Shown one piece after another: positions 20,309 through 31,333 of a stretch of 64,000 nucleotides of DNA. The notes under the pieces are model-generated. The model was not told the DNA's origin and did not search any database. It saw only the letters and a program-made list of their open reading frames with translations. Location: positions 5,472,001 to 5,536,000 of the forward strand of contig OY760937.1 of the NCBI GenBank assembly GCA_963664225.1. The letters run 5' to 3'. The stretch's first letter is position 1; each line of letters begins with the position of its first letter. The stretch comes from Verrucomicrobiia bacterium. GTDB lineage: Bacteria; Verrucomicrobiota; Verrucomicrobiia; Limisphaerales; UBA1319. The position numbers and the translations under genes are program-made.

Positions 20309-20815
20309 CGCCTCCCGGCGGTCCGAGTTTGCAGACTACAGGGTTCATCGGGGAAAAGATTATTCCATTCTGGTAGTTGTGAACAATCAGAGCTGGCACG
20401 GAAACTGCCCTTAAAGGACCATTAGCAAAATTACGAATTGGATTGGAATTCGGAATTTTTCTGAACATTTTGCGGGAAACTTAGCGGCTGCAAATTGACA
20501 ACTTGTTGGTTTCAAACGAGAAAGCGGTAAACTTGTGGTTGAAACAAACTGGTATTCAGGCAAACATCGCTGAAATCCGAGTCATGCATTGTTAAGAGTT
20601 TATTGGGATACCGGTTTGGTCGATTGTTGATATTTAGTCATAACATGTTTGTGGTAAGCATATTGAATCAGAATTGCATGTGGGAACGCGTGCGATCTGT
20701 ATTAAAATTTTCCAATATACATCCCTGTATCCATCATTGTTTAAGCTTCAGTTCGTTTGAAGAACTGACGAGCACTCAGGTAGTTTTTTAAAGAATTCAT
20801 CGTCCCAAGATCCCC

Positions 20816-23800
20816 ATGATAAGCGCTAAAAATATTCGTGTAATCTGTTGGACTGCATTGGTTTTTCTGGTCGCATGGTTGTCGCCGTCAGGTTCGGTTG
20901 GAGCACAAACCCTGCCGTTCTGGATGGATCGTGATATTGGCGGCGTCAATATCGCAGGTAGCGCAACCTATTCATCTGGAGTCTATACCGTCAAAGGCAG
21001 CGGCAGCGACATCTGGGATATAACCGATGCATTCCATTTTGTTTATTATCCGATGAACGGTGACGGGGAAATGGTTTTGCATGTGCTTTCACAGGATAGC
21101 ACGGACTCCTGGGCCAAGGTTGGGCCGATGATTCGTGAGACACTCGATGCGGGTTCCAAGCATGCAATTATGTGCGTAACTCCCGGCAATGGAACATCTT
21201 TCCAACGTCGCCGGGAGACTGGTCAGGCCAGTGATTACAGCGGTTCCGGGGATGGAATTACGGCGCCGTACTATTTAAAACTGACGCGGGAGGGCACGAC
21301 ATTTACGGGGTATAAATCGGTGGATGGTGTTGATTGGGTGATGGTTGGATCGGATGTGATCGTGATGCAGTCGGCGGTCTATGTTGGATTTGCGGTGACG
21401 TCCCATAACAATAACATGCTCTGCACCAGCACTTTGGAAATACCGCAGACGCCGCCATCGATTCTCCTGAATCCCCAAAGCCAGACCGTCAGTGACGGAG
21501 GGGCGACCTACTTTAACGTAAAAGCGACGGGTGCAATGCCTCTTTTTTATCAATGGCGACGTAATGGCGCCAATTTGACATCGGCAACGAATTTAAACCT
21601 GACTCTCGATCCGACGACAGTCACCATGGCGGGGAATTACAGCGTTGTTATCACGAACGCCGTCGGAAGGGCAACCAGCAGTGATGCATTGCTGACGGTG
21701 ACAGTGGACTCAGTGCCCCCGACCCTTTTGGCAGTCACCAACACAGCGGCCACAAACGTGGTAATCACTTTTTCGGAAGCGGTCGAAGCGGCCAGCGGCA
21801 CGAACGCAGCCAATTATTCGTTGAACAATGGGGCGGCCATTCTTGGGGCAAGATTTGGAACAAACCAACAAACCATCCTTTTACAGACCACGGTTTTGAC
21901 CGTGGGTGGGTCCTACACGCTGACGGTGAATAATGTGCGCGACCGGTCGTCGTCGGGAAACCTTATTGCGGCGAACAGTCAGAAATCATTTGTGGTGGCC
22001 GATACGATGGTTTTTGGGTTGTGGCGCGAGGTGTATTTGAATGCCGCGGACGGAGCGGGAACGTTAAGCTCATTGACCAACAATCCCGTTTTTCCAGACA
22101 GCCCGAGCACGAGCGAGCTTTGGACCAATAGTTTTGAAGCTCCGAGCAACACCGGAATCAATAGTTACGGACAGCGGCTGCGTGGATACATCGTCCCCCC
22201 GGTTTCCGGCAATTACGTGTTTTGGATTTCAAGCGATGACAATGGAACATTGTTTGTCAGCACGGATGATACCCCCGCCAACAAAAGAGTTGTGGCGTGG
22301 GTGGCGTCGTGGACCGGTTCGCGGGAATGGACGAGGGAGGCAAACCAGCAATCCCTGCCCATCACGCTGGAGGCGGGGAAAGTCTATTACACGGAGGCCT
22401 TGATGGCCCAGGGAGGCGGCGGGGATAATCTGGCAGTGCGCTGGCAGTTGCCTAATGCAACCATCGAGGAACCGATGCCCGCAAATCGTTTGATTCCCTG
22501 GGGCACCGTTTTTGGGCCGCCCGCGATTCGCACGCAACCAGCCAACACCAATGCGGTGGAAGGGGGGGCGGCGGTATTTTCCATCGCCTTGAGCAGCATC
22601 GGCCCGGTGTCCTACCAATGGCAGCGCAACGGGGCGAATATTTCAGGAGCCAACCAAATCAACTATACCAACGATCCTGTGTCGCTCGGGGACAATGGCG
22701 CGACGTTCCGCTGCGTGGTATCCAATACCAAAGGCTCCACCAACTCATTGGAAGCCACCCTGACCGTGAGTCCGGATGTGACACGTCCGACGCTGGTTTC
22801 GGCGTATTCCCAGGGTAACCGGGGTGTGCTGGTGACTTTTAGCGAGCGTGTGGATGTCACCTCCGCCTCGCAGGCCCTTAATTATGGGATCAATAACGGG
22901 ATTTCCGTCACGCAGGCGACGCCGGATTCTTCTGGAAGAGTGGTGTTGTTGATGACCGGACCGATGACTTACGGGACCAGCTACGTGTTGACTGTGAATG
23001 GTGTGAAGGATCGGGCGACGACTCCCAATACCATTTTGTCAGGGTCGCAGATCGCCTTCACCGCATTGGAGTTGACGCCACAAAATGTTGGCAATCCAGC
23101 CCAGCCGTTTCAGATATCGGTGGTCGCGGGCGGCATCAATGTGACCGGAGGCGGCTCCGATATTGGCGGGGCATCGGATCAGTTTAACTTTAATTATCAG
23201 GTCAAGAGTGGTGATTTCGACGTCAAAGTGCGCATCGGCGCGCTGGGACTGAGCGATTCGTGGGCCAAAGCGGGGCTGATGGCGCGCGAAACACTGGATG
23301 GACAGAGCCGGTTTGCGGCGGCGATTGCAACGCCGTCGATCAGCGGCTGTTTTTTTGAGCAGCGTCAGAATCCGGGCGGGGCAGGGGAAAGCTCCGGAAC
23401 GTTTCCGGTTAATTATCCCAACACCTGGCTGCGGCTCCAGCGGAGCGGGAACCAGTTTACAGGTTACGCAAGTTATGACGGGCAGTTGTGGACGGTGCTG
23501 AATTTGGTCACCCTCTCGATGCCGACCCAGATTTATGTAGGCCTGGCGTTGTCGAGCCACGATCCGGCGGCGTCAACAATGGCGCAGTTTCGCGATTATG
23601 GCAGCGTCACGGGAGGGGTGGTGGGCAGTGCGTCATCGCCGTTTGAACCGCTGGGACCGAGCAGCCGGAAAACGGGACTGGTGATTTCGGAGATCATGTA
23701 CAAACCGGCGCCGCGGGCGGATGGCAAGGTGCTTGAGTATCTGGAGCTGTTTAATTCAAATCCTTATCCAGAAGACATCAGCGGGTATCGCATTAGCGGA

Positions 23801-26800
23801 AGCGTCGATTTCGAATTTCCCGCGAAGACGACATTGCCTGGAGGAGGATTCCTGGTTGTCGCCCGGTCGCCCATCGATATTCAGAGTGTTTATGCCCTGA
23901 CCAACGTGATGGGGCCCTACACGAACACATTGAAGAACAGCGGCACCCTGCGTTTGCGTAACAAGAGGGACGCCATATTTTTGGAAATCAATTATGCCAG
24001 CAAACCTCCCTGGCCGGTGGCTGCGGACGGCACAGGCCACTCGCTGGTTCTGGCCAGACCCTCTTACGGTGAAGATAATCCCCAAGCCTGGGATATCAGC
24101 GATGTGGTTGGCGGATCGCCCGGTTCGGTAAAGACCTATCGTCCAGGCCCGCAGAGATCGGTCCTGATCAACGAAATCCTCGCGCGCCCGGCAGTGCCAG
24201 GGGCGGGATTTGTGGAGCTATACAACCACAGCAATCAGCCGGTTGACCTCTCAGGCTGTATTTTGACCGATGATCCCATTACCAACAAATATGTGATGTC
24301 GTCGGGGACCAGTATTCCGGCGCGGGGTTTTCTATCGTTCACAGAGGCGCAGTTGGGTTTTGCATTCAATGGCGGGGGGGGGACATTGTTCTTCAGAAAT
24401 GCCAGCCTGGACCGGGTATTGGATTCGCTGCGTTACGAAGCACAAGGGCTTGGATCGGCCTTTGGCCGGTATCCGAATGGGGCTTCTGAATGGTATCCCT
24501 TGACCGTTGCCACACCCGGCGCGAGCAATCCAGCCATTCGCATTCAGGACATCGTCATCAACGAGATCATGTTCAATCCAATCTCCGGCAACGACGATGA
24601 CCAGTATGTTGAGTTGTACAATCAGGGATCCACTGCGGTGGATCTCTCGGGATGGAAATTAACGGCAGGGATCAGTTTTACATTTCCGACGAGCTTCACC
24701 ATAGCAACCAAGGGTTACGCGGTGGTGTCGTGCAATACCAGCAACCTGTTTGCGAAATATCCCAATCTCAATGCGGGTAATACCGTAGGAAATTTCTCGG
24801 GCAAACTATCCCATGGGGGCGAGCGGCTGGTTCTCACCATGCCGGATACCATTGTTTCCACGAACGCCCTGGGCGTTGCGAAAACCAATGCCGTCGATAT
24901 TGCCATCGACGAAGTCACGTATTGCAGCGGCGGGCGTTGGGGCCAATGGGCGGGTGGTGGAGGCAGCAGCATGGAGTTGCGGGATCCGCGATCCAATCGT
25001 CGGCTGGCGCAGAATTGGGCCGACAGCGATGAGAGCGGAAAATCGACCTGGAGCACCGTGGAAGTCACAGGCCTGCTGGACAACGGAAATGGAGCGGCTG
25101 ACAATCTGCAAATTACGATGCTGGGAGAAGGGGAATGCCTTGTGGACAATGTGGAAGTGTTGAAGCAAGGCACCGTGGCAAACCTGGTGGTCAATCCGAC
25201 ATTTGAAGCCGGCCTGGCGAACTGGACGATGCAGGGCGATCATGTCCGCTCAAGCCTCGAGAACAGCGGGTATGCGGGTTCCCGCTCACTGCATATCAGG
25301 GCCTCAGCGCGCGGAGATACGGGAGCCAACCGCATACGGGCCGACCTGACCGGACCGTTGCTGGAAGGGCAGACCGCGACATTGCGCGCGCATGTCCGCT
25401 GGCTGAAGGGGTGGCCTGAGATCATTTTACGGCTTCACGGAAATTATCTGGAAGCGTATGGGAAATTAAACGTTCCGACGAATCTGGGGACTCCTGGGGC
25501 GGCCAACAGCCGCTCCGTGGCGAATGCCGGTCCTGCGATTTACGAGGTGACACATGGCCCCGTTGTGCCGGTTGCGGGAGAAGCCGTGGTGGTCACCGCA
25601 CGGGCGCAGGATCCCGATGGACTTTCCGCGATGCGGCTTAATTATCGCATCGATCCGAGTGCCAGTTATACGACGGTCAACATGGTCGATGACGGAACGG
25701 GAGGCGATGCAGTGGCGGGGGATGGCCTGTTCAGCGCGACCATACCGGGGCAAGCGGCAAATCAACTGGTCGCTTTTTATGTGGAAGCGACTGACAAAGC
25801 CACGGCTGGAAGCAGGTTTCCCGCGGACGCGCCGACACGGGAATGCCTTGTCATGTTTGGCGACCCCGTTCCGACCACGAGTTTTGGCATTTATCGCTAT
25901 TGGCTCACGAGGGCCAATGTCAACACATGGAGCGCGCGGGAGAATCTGAGCAATGAATTGATCGATTGCACCTTTGTGTACGGCAATTCACGGGCTGTAT
26001 ACAATGTCGGCGGGCGTTATTCAGGCAGTCCCTATCACCAGGGTTTCGACTCGCCGGTGGGAAGCCTTTGCCACTATTCATTCGATCTGCCCACAGACGA
26101 TCAGGCGCTGGGAACCACATCGTTTAATAAAATTCACGCGCCCGGCAATGGTCCCTTCGACGACCTGACCCTTCAGCGGGAGCAAACCGCGTATCGCATG
26201 GCGCGCCAGCTAGACCTTCCATGGAATTACAAGCGTTATGTGGTGTGCTACGTCAACGGCAACCGCCGCGGGACGCTCATGGAGGATACGCAGGTTCCCA
26301 ATGGGGATATCGTGAACGAGTATTTCTCCAACGATCCCAATGGCCAGCTCTACAAGATTCAACCCTGGTTTGAGTTTGACGATGTCACATCGGGAGCGAT
26401 GGGCTTCGTCAATGTTTCCTGGTGCACCCTGAACAATTATACCACCACGGGCGGGGTCAAAAAACTGGCCCGCTACCGGTATAATTATCTGACACGGGCC
26501 GCAAACCAGACTGCCAATAACTATACAAACGTTTACAACCTGATCGACGCCGCGAATGTTCCCGCCGGGGCCGCATTTATGAAGAGCATGGAAGCGCAGG
26601 CGGACATGCCGCTATGGATGCGCACCTTTGCCGTCAATCATGCGGTGGGCAACTGGGACAGCTTTGGCTTTCAGAATGCGCAAAACATGTATGCCTATAA
26701 GCCCCTGAATGGGCTTTGGTCCCTGATGATATGGGATTTCAACATTGTTCTGGGCAACAGTAATTCCTACGGCCCCACAGGGGACGATTTGTTTGCCTAT

Positions 26801-29800
26801 AATGGCGCGGATGGCCCCATGGGGGTGATTTATTCGACGCCGAAATTCAGGAGACTCTATTGGCAGGCCCTGGAGGATATTGCGCGCGGGCCGATGGATG
26901 TGGCGCAGATGGGTCCCCTCATGGATGCCTGTTACGCGGCCTTTTCGGAAAATGGAATTTCTGTGGCGTCGCCCGCAGCGATTAAATCATGGATGACGGC
27001 CCGGCAGACTTACCTTCAGCAACAACTGGCCACGGTGGCGTCGGATTTTGCGATAGCGAGCAATAATGGCAATAATTTCAGCACGAACAACAGCCTGCTG
27101 ACCTTGAGCGGCAGGGCCCCGATGTCGGTGCGGGTCATCAAAGTCAACGGAGTGGAGTATTCCATCACCTGGAATACCGTTACCGGATGGACGATGAACC
27201 TGCCATTAAGCGCAGGCGCCAATACGCTTTTGGTGCAGGGGTTCGATGCCCAAGGGGCGCTGGTGGCGAATGCCTCCAAGACAATATCGGTCACCTACAC
27301 CGGCGCGAGCGAATCGCCGATTGGTCATGTGATCATCAACGAGATCATGTATCACCCGGCAGTGACGGACGCCGAATTCATTGAAATCTTCAACACCTCG
27401 GCCAGTTCGGTATTCGACCTGTCGCGCTGGCGTCTGGATGGCGCTGGATTCGTATTTCCTGACGGGACATTGATCAGGCCGCAGGGTTTTGTGGTGGTTC
27501 CCAAAAACCAACTGGCATTTGCCGCCGCCTATGGAACGGCGATTCCGTTGACGGGGCAATTCGGTGGAAACCTGAAGAATGGCGGGGAGACGCTGCGACT
27601 GGTCATTCCCGGAGCGACACCGGATCTGGATGTGATCGTGGATACCGTCGAATATCACAACACGCCGCCGTGGCCCGCGGCAGCGGATGGCGAAGGAAGT
27701 TCGCTGCAGTTGATCGATCCCAATCAGGACAATAAGAGGGTGGGCAACTGGACCGCCACGCCGCAATGGCAATTCGTTCAGGTGACAGGCACCGCGACGT
27801 CATCGCTTTTGTATGTGTATTTAACGAACGCGGGAGATGTATATATCGATGATTTGAAACTGGTGGCCGGTGCGGTGGCGGAAGCGGGAACGAATCTGAT
27901 CAATAATGGCGATTTCGAATCCAGCCTGAGCGGGCCGTGGACTTTATCGAGCAATGTTGGCACGAGCGTGCTGACCAGCGTGACCACGCACAGCGGCACG
28001 AATGCCCTGCACCTCATTGCCTCGACGGCAGGAAGCAGCAAGGCCGATTCCCTCTGGCAGGATACGCTGCCGCTGACCAACGGAGCGCAATATACATTGA
28101 GTTTCTGGTATCATCCTGGAACAAATGTCGGCGGCCTGGTCATGCGACTGTCCAACAGTTCATCCACGACTGGCCTGTATGCGGCTGTTGGGGTGAAACC
28201 GGCGGGAATCTCCTCCTACACGCCGGGAGCCGCCAACAGCGTGAAAGGGACTCTGCCGGTTTTCCCATCCTTGTATCTAAACGAAGTGGAACCCGAAAAC
28301 CTGAGCGGCCCGACCGATCAAAACGGGGAAAAGGATCCCTGGCTCGAGCTGTTCAATCCGGGCACAAACACCCTCAGCCTCGCCGGCTATTATCTGGCCG
28401 ACAACTATACGAACTTGACGCAATGGGCATTCCCGGCCGACGCACAGATTGGCCCCGGGCAATATCTGTTGGTCTGGCTGGATGGCCAGCCGGGTCAAAG
28501 CACCAGTGCGGAATTGCACACCAGTTTTCGCATTGTGCCCGTGAAGGGCGCAGTGGCCATGTCACGGATGCAAAGCGGTCAACCTGTCGTTTTCGATTAT
28601 GTGAATTATAAGAATGTTGTGGCCGGGCGCACATACGGTTTGTATCCGAACGGGACTCCGGGCAATCACGAGGCCTTCTATTATCCGACGCTTGGAGCCG
28701 CCAATAATTTCACCTATCCGCAGGTGAACCTCGTCATCAATGAATGGATGGCGGGAAACACCCACACCCTGTTCGATTCAACCAATGAGCCATGGGCGGA
28801 TTGGTTTGAGATTTATAACGGTGGAGACACGGCGGTCGATCTGACGGGTTACGGGCTGAGCGATACGGCCACCGACACCACGAAATTTGTCATTCCAATG
28901 GGAAGCGCGATTCAGCCTCACAGCTTCCTGCTCGTCTGGGCCGATAACGACACGAGTCTGAATACCAACGCGAGCCCTGATTTGCACGCGAATTTCCGAT
29001 TAGGCATTCATGGCGAATACATTGGACTGTTTGCGCCCAATCACCAGATTGTCGATCAGGTTTCGTTCGGTGAACAAACCAACGACGTCAGCCAGGGCCG
29101 GTGGCCGGACGGCAATACCAACAGCATGTATTACATGGCAACCCCGACGCCGCGCGGAGCCAACATCATCGCAAATGTGCCCGTCAATACGGCTCCCGTC
29201 CTTGGTGCCATTGCGGATCGCACCATCAACGAAGGTGAAATCTGTTTATTCACCATCACGGCGACGGATCCGGATCAACCCGCGCAATCCCTTGTATACG
29301 CCCTCGAGGCCGGAGCGCCTGAAGGCGCGACGATCAACGCGTCGAGTGGTGAGTTTTCCTGGACGCCGACAGAGGCGCAGGGGCCTTCGACCAATCTCAT
29401 CACGGTAATGGTCACAGACAATGGTTATCCGGCCAAGTCAGATGCGAAGACTTTCACCATCACGGTCAAAGAAGTGAATACGCCGCCCACGCTGGGCAGC
29501 CTGGGGGATCTTACCGTCAATGAAGGACAGTTGATTAATTTTTATGTCACTGCTTCGGATCTGGATATTCCCGCGCAAATGCTCACGTTCAGCCTGGATG
29601 CCGGGGCGCCCGGAGGCGCGGGTATCAATCCGACGACCGGCGAATTCACCTGGACGCCCAATGAGGCGCAAGGGCCGGGGATTTATCCCATCACCGTGCG
29701 CATCACCGATAACGGAATACCTATTCAGAGCAACAGCAAGCTGTTCACGATCCAAGTGAATGAAGTCAACCAGGCTCCGGTGCTGGAAGCGATTGCGAAC

Positions 29801-30286
29801 CAAACCGGGTCCATCGGGTCGGTTATCAGCTTTAAGACGGTAGCGCACGACGGCGATTTGCCGCCGCAAATCCTGACGTACTCATTGGGTGCAGGAGTGC
29901 CTGCAGGAGCCTCGATTGAATCATTGACTGGGAATTTCACCTGGACTCCGACATCGGCGGGAACGAACAGCATCGAAGTTCGTGCAACGGATAACGGCAG
30001 TCCTCAAATGGCTGCCACTCAGACCTTTCTGATCATAGTCAAAGGCACCGCAAAGGCGCCCAAGATTACAAAAATCACCGCGACGCAGACCGGGCTGATC
30101 ACTGTGTATTGGGATGCGGCAGTTGGGATTTCGTATCAGCTCCAATACAAGCCGCATGCGAATGACGCATTGTGGGAAAATGCCGGCGCACCCGTTAACG
30201 CAACGAGCGCACAGGCAGTGGCCACGGACACAAAAACCGGAGGGGTGCAGGGGTACTACCGGGTTTTGGTTGTCGGCCAACCGTAG
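20816..30286 (+). CDS. 3156-aa secreted multidomain protein: two ConA-like domains, Ig domains, PA14, multiple lamin-tail domains, CBM-like inserts, CotH kinase, three cadherin/He_PIG repeats, C-terminal domain
   Basis: Signal peptide; PA14 (FWISSDDNG); repeated VINEIM...(F/Y)VEL(Y/F)N...TPGAAN; CotH-like NWDSF...NMYAY...IWDFN; repeated TG.F.WTP. Confidence 0.88.
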   Translation: MISAKNIRVICWTALVFLVAWLSPSGSVGAQTLPFWMDRDIGGVNIAGSATYSSGVYTVKGSGSDIWDITDAFHFVYYPMNGDGEMVLHVLSQDSTDSWAKVGPMIRETLDAGSKHAIMCVTPGNGTSFQRRRETGQASDYSGSGDGITAPYYLKLTREGTTFTGYKSVDGVDWVMVGSDVIVMQSAVYVGFAVTSHNNNMLCTSTLEIPQTPPSILLNPQSQTVSDGGATYFNVKATGAMPLFYQWRRNGANLTSATNLNLTLDPTTVTMAGNYSVVITNAVGRATSSDALLTVTVDSVPPTLLAVTNTAATNVVITFSEAVEAASGTNAANYSLNNGAAILGARFGTNQQTILLQTTVLTVGGSYTLTVNNVRDRSSSGNLIAANSQKSFVVADTMVFGLWREVYLNAADGAGTLSSLTNNPVFPDSPSTSELWTNSFEAPSNTGINSYGQRLRGYIVPPVSGNYVFWISSDDNGTLFVSTDDTPANKRVVAWVASWTGSREWTREANQQSLPITLEAGKVYYTEALMAQGGGGDNLAVRWQLPNATIEEPMPANRLIPWGTVFGPPAIRTQPANTNAVEGGAAVFSIALSSIGPVSYQWQRNGANISGANQINYTNDPVSLGDNGATFRCVVSNTKGSTNSLEATLTVSPDVTRPTLVSAYSQGNRGVLVTFSERVDVTSASQALNYGINNGISVTQATPDSSGRVVLLMTGPMTYGTSYVLTVNGVKDRATTPNTILSGSQIAFTALELTPQNVGNPAQPFQISVVAGGINVTGGGSDIGGASDQFNFNYQVKSGDFDVKVRIGALGLSDSWAKAGLMARETLDGQSRFAAAIATPSISGCFFEQRQNPGGAGESSGTFPVNYPNTWLRLQRSGNQFTGYASYDGQLWTVLNLVTLSMPTQIYVGLALSSHDPAASTMAQFRDYGSVTGGVVGSASSPFEPLGPSSRKTGLVISEIMYKPAPRADGKVLEYLELFNSNPYPEDISGYRISGSVDFEFPAKTTLPGGGFLVVARSPIDIQSVYALTNVMGPYTNTLKNSGTLRLRNKRDAIFLEINYASKPPWPVAADGTGHSLVLARPSYGEDNPQAWDISDVVGGSPGSVKTYRPGPQRSVLINEILARPAVPGAGFVELYNHSNQPVDLSGCILTDDPITNKYVMSSGTSIPARGFLSFTEAQLGFAFNGGGGTLFFRNASLDRVLDSLRYEAQGLGSAFGRYPNGASEWYPLTVATPGASNPAIRIQDIVINEIMFNPISGNDDDQYVELYNQGSTAVDLSGWKLTAGISFTFPTSFTIATKGYAVVSCNTSNLFAKYPNLNAGNTVGNFSGKLSHGGERLVLTMPDTIVSTNALGVAKTNAVDIAIDEVTYCSGGRWGQWAGGGGSSMELRDPRSNRRLAQNWADSDESGKSTWSTVEVTGLLDNGNGAADNLQITMLGEGECLVDNVEVLKQGTVANLVVNPTFEAGLANWTMQGDHVRSSLENSGYAGSRSLHIRASARGDTGANRIRADLTGPLLEGQTATLRAHVRWLKGWPEIILRLHGNYLEAYGKLNVPTNLGTPGAANSRSVANAGPAIYEVTHGPVVPVAGEAVVVTARAQDPDGLSAMRLNYRIDPSASYTTVNMVDDGTGGDAVAGDGLFSATIPGQAANQLVAFYVEATDKATAGSRFPADAPTRECLVMFGDPVPTTSFGIYRYWLTRANVNTWSARENLSNELIDCTFVYGNSRAVYNVGGRYSGSPYHQGFDSPVGSLCHYSFDLPTDDQALGTTSFNKIHAPGNGPFDDLTLQREQTAYRMARQLDLPWNYKRYVVCYVNGNRRGTLMEDTQVPNGDIVNEYFSNDPNGQLYKIQPWFEFDDVTSGAMGFVNVSWCTLNNYTTTGGVKKLARYRYNYLTRAANQTANNYTNVYNLIDAANVPAGAAFMKSMEAQADMPLWMRTFAVNHAVGNWDSFGFQNAQNMYAYKPLNGLWSLMIWDFNIVLGNSNSYGPTGDDLFAYNGADGPMGVIYSTPKFRRLYWQALEDIARGPMDVAQMGPLMDACYAAFSENGISVASPAAIKSWMTARQTYLQQQLATVASDFAIASNNGNNFSTNNSLLTLSGRAPMSVRVIKVNGVEYSITWNTVTGWTMNLPLSAGANTLLVQGFDAQGALVANASKTISVTYTGASESPIGHVIINEIMYHPAVTDAEFIEIFNTSASSVFDLSRWRLDGAGFVFPDGTLIRPQGFVVVPKNQLAFAAAYGTAIPLTGQFGGNLKNGGETLRLVIPGATPDLDVIVDTVEYHNTPPWPAAADGEGSSLQLIDPNQDNKRVGNWTATPQWQFVQVTGTATSSLLYVYLTNAGDVYIDDLKLVAGAVAEAGTNLINNGDFESSLSGPWTLSSNVGTSVLTSVTTHSGTNALHLIASTAGSSKADSLWQDTLPLTNGAQYTLSFWYHPGTNVGGLVMRLSNSSSTTGLYAAVGVKPAGISSYTPGAANSVKGTLPVFPSLYLNEVEPENLSGPTDQNGEKDPWLELFNPGTNTLSLAGYYLADNYTNLTQWAFPADAQIGPGQYLLVWLDGQPGQSTSAELHTSFRIVPVKGAVAMSRMQSGQPVVFDYVNYKNVVAGRTYGLYPNGTPGNHEAFYYPTLGAANNFTYPQVNLVINEWMAGNTHTLFDSTNEPWADWFEIYNGGDTAVDLTGYGLSDTATDTTKFVIPMGSAIQPHSFLLVWADNDTSLNTNASPDLHANFRLGIHGEYIGLFAPNHQIVDQVSFGEQTNDVSQGRWPDGNTNSMYYMATPTPRGANIIANVPVNTAPVLGAIADRTINEGEICLFTITATDPDQPAQSLVYALEAGAPEGATINASSGEFSWTPTEAQGPSTNLITVMVTDNGYPAKSDAKTFTITVKEVNTPPTLGSLGDLTVNEGQLINFYVTASDLDIPAQMLTFSLDAGAPGGAGINPTTGEFTWTPNEAQGPGIYPITVRITDNGIPIQSNSKLFTIQVNEVNQAPVLEAIANQTGSIGSVISFKTVAHDGDLPPQILTYSLGAGVPAGASIESLTGNFTWTPTSAGTNSIEVRATDNGSPQMAATQTFLIIVKGTAKAPKITKITATQTGLITVYWDAAVGISYQLQYKPHANDALWENAGAPVNATSAQAVATDTKTGGVQGYYRVLVVGQP

Positions 30287-30400
30287 AGAAAGACATTCAT
30301 GCGAATGGGATGCATTTGGGTTTGGCAAGCCGCCGTTCGGAGCTATTCCGGGGTGGCTTTGCCGCTTGCCAACATGGCGAGTCACCTTACAGTGGTGCCG

Positions 30401-31333
30401 ATGAGACATTTCTATTTATTGTTGTGCGCGAGTCTCGCGATGGCCTTCTCCTGCCATGCCCAGGTGCAGGTGGAGTTGGAATTGGAAAAGCAGCAGTATC
30501 TTTCGAAGGAAGACCTCGTAGTGGGGGTCAAAATCACCAATCTATCAGGACAGACGCTGCATTTGGGGGAAGATGACGATTGGCTCAGTTTTCTTGTCGA
30601 TGACGAGCAAACCGGTCGCCCAGCGCCCCGGGAATCCGATGTTCCGGTAAAGAAACCTTTTGCGCTTGAATCATCGAAGGTTGGCACCCGGTATGTAAAT
30701 ATCGCCCCCTATTATCAATTGCAGCCTCAAGGGCGCTACAAAATCACCGCGATCGTAAAACTTAAGGAGTGGAGCGAACGTCTGGAAAGTCCAGGCAAAA
30801 CGATTGAGATCATCAAAGGATCGACATTGTGGACAACCACTTACGGAGTGCCACCGAAAGCCGGTCAGCAAGGAGCCGCGCCGGATATGCGCAAGTATCT
30901 CCTTCAGAAAGTGGTCACTTTGAAACAAATGCAGCTTTACGTGAGCATCACAGATGCAGAATCGGATTTGTCTTACAAAGTTCTCATGCTGGGGCCCATG
31001 GTTTCCTTCAGTCGTCCAGAAGCCCAGTTGGATAAACTGAGTAATTTACATGTCTTATGCCAATCCGGCTCCAAGTGGTTTTTTTATGCGGTGGTGAGTC
31101 CGGAAGGGAATCTGGCATTACGGCAAACTTATTATATGGGGAATTCCCGCCCTTTACTGAAGTCGGATGGAGAGGGTGGCATTCGCGTTTCAGGGGGGAA
31201 TTATCAGCCTGCCTCGTCGGATTATCCCGCACCTACGAATGCGGTGCCTGTGTACACGCTTCCATCGATCGGATCCACCAATACGGCTGCGGTGAAACCC
31301 GGAACGAAGGGGAGCAAGGGTTCCAAAAAGTAA
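30401..31333 (+). CDS. Secreted hypothetical protein
   Basis: Long ORF with a signal peptide ending CHA-Q; family not recognised. Confidence 0.7.
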   Translation: MRHFYLLLCASLAMAFSCHAQVQVELELEKQQYLSKEDLVVGVKITNLSGQTLHLGEDDDWLSFLVDDEQTGRPAPRESDVPVKKPFALESSKVGTRYVNIAPYYQLQPQGRYKITAIVKLKEWSERLESPGKTIEIIKGSTLWTTTYGVPPKAGQQGAAPDMRKYLLQKVVTLKQMQLYVSITDAESDLSYKVLMLGPMVSFSRPEAQLDKLSNLHVLCQSGSKWFFYAVVSPEGNLALRQTYYMGNSRPLLKSDGEGGIRVSGGNYQPASSDYPAPTNAVPVYTLPSIGSTNTAAVKPGTKGSKGSKK

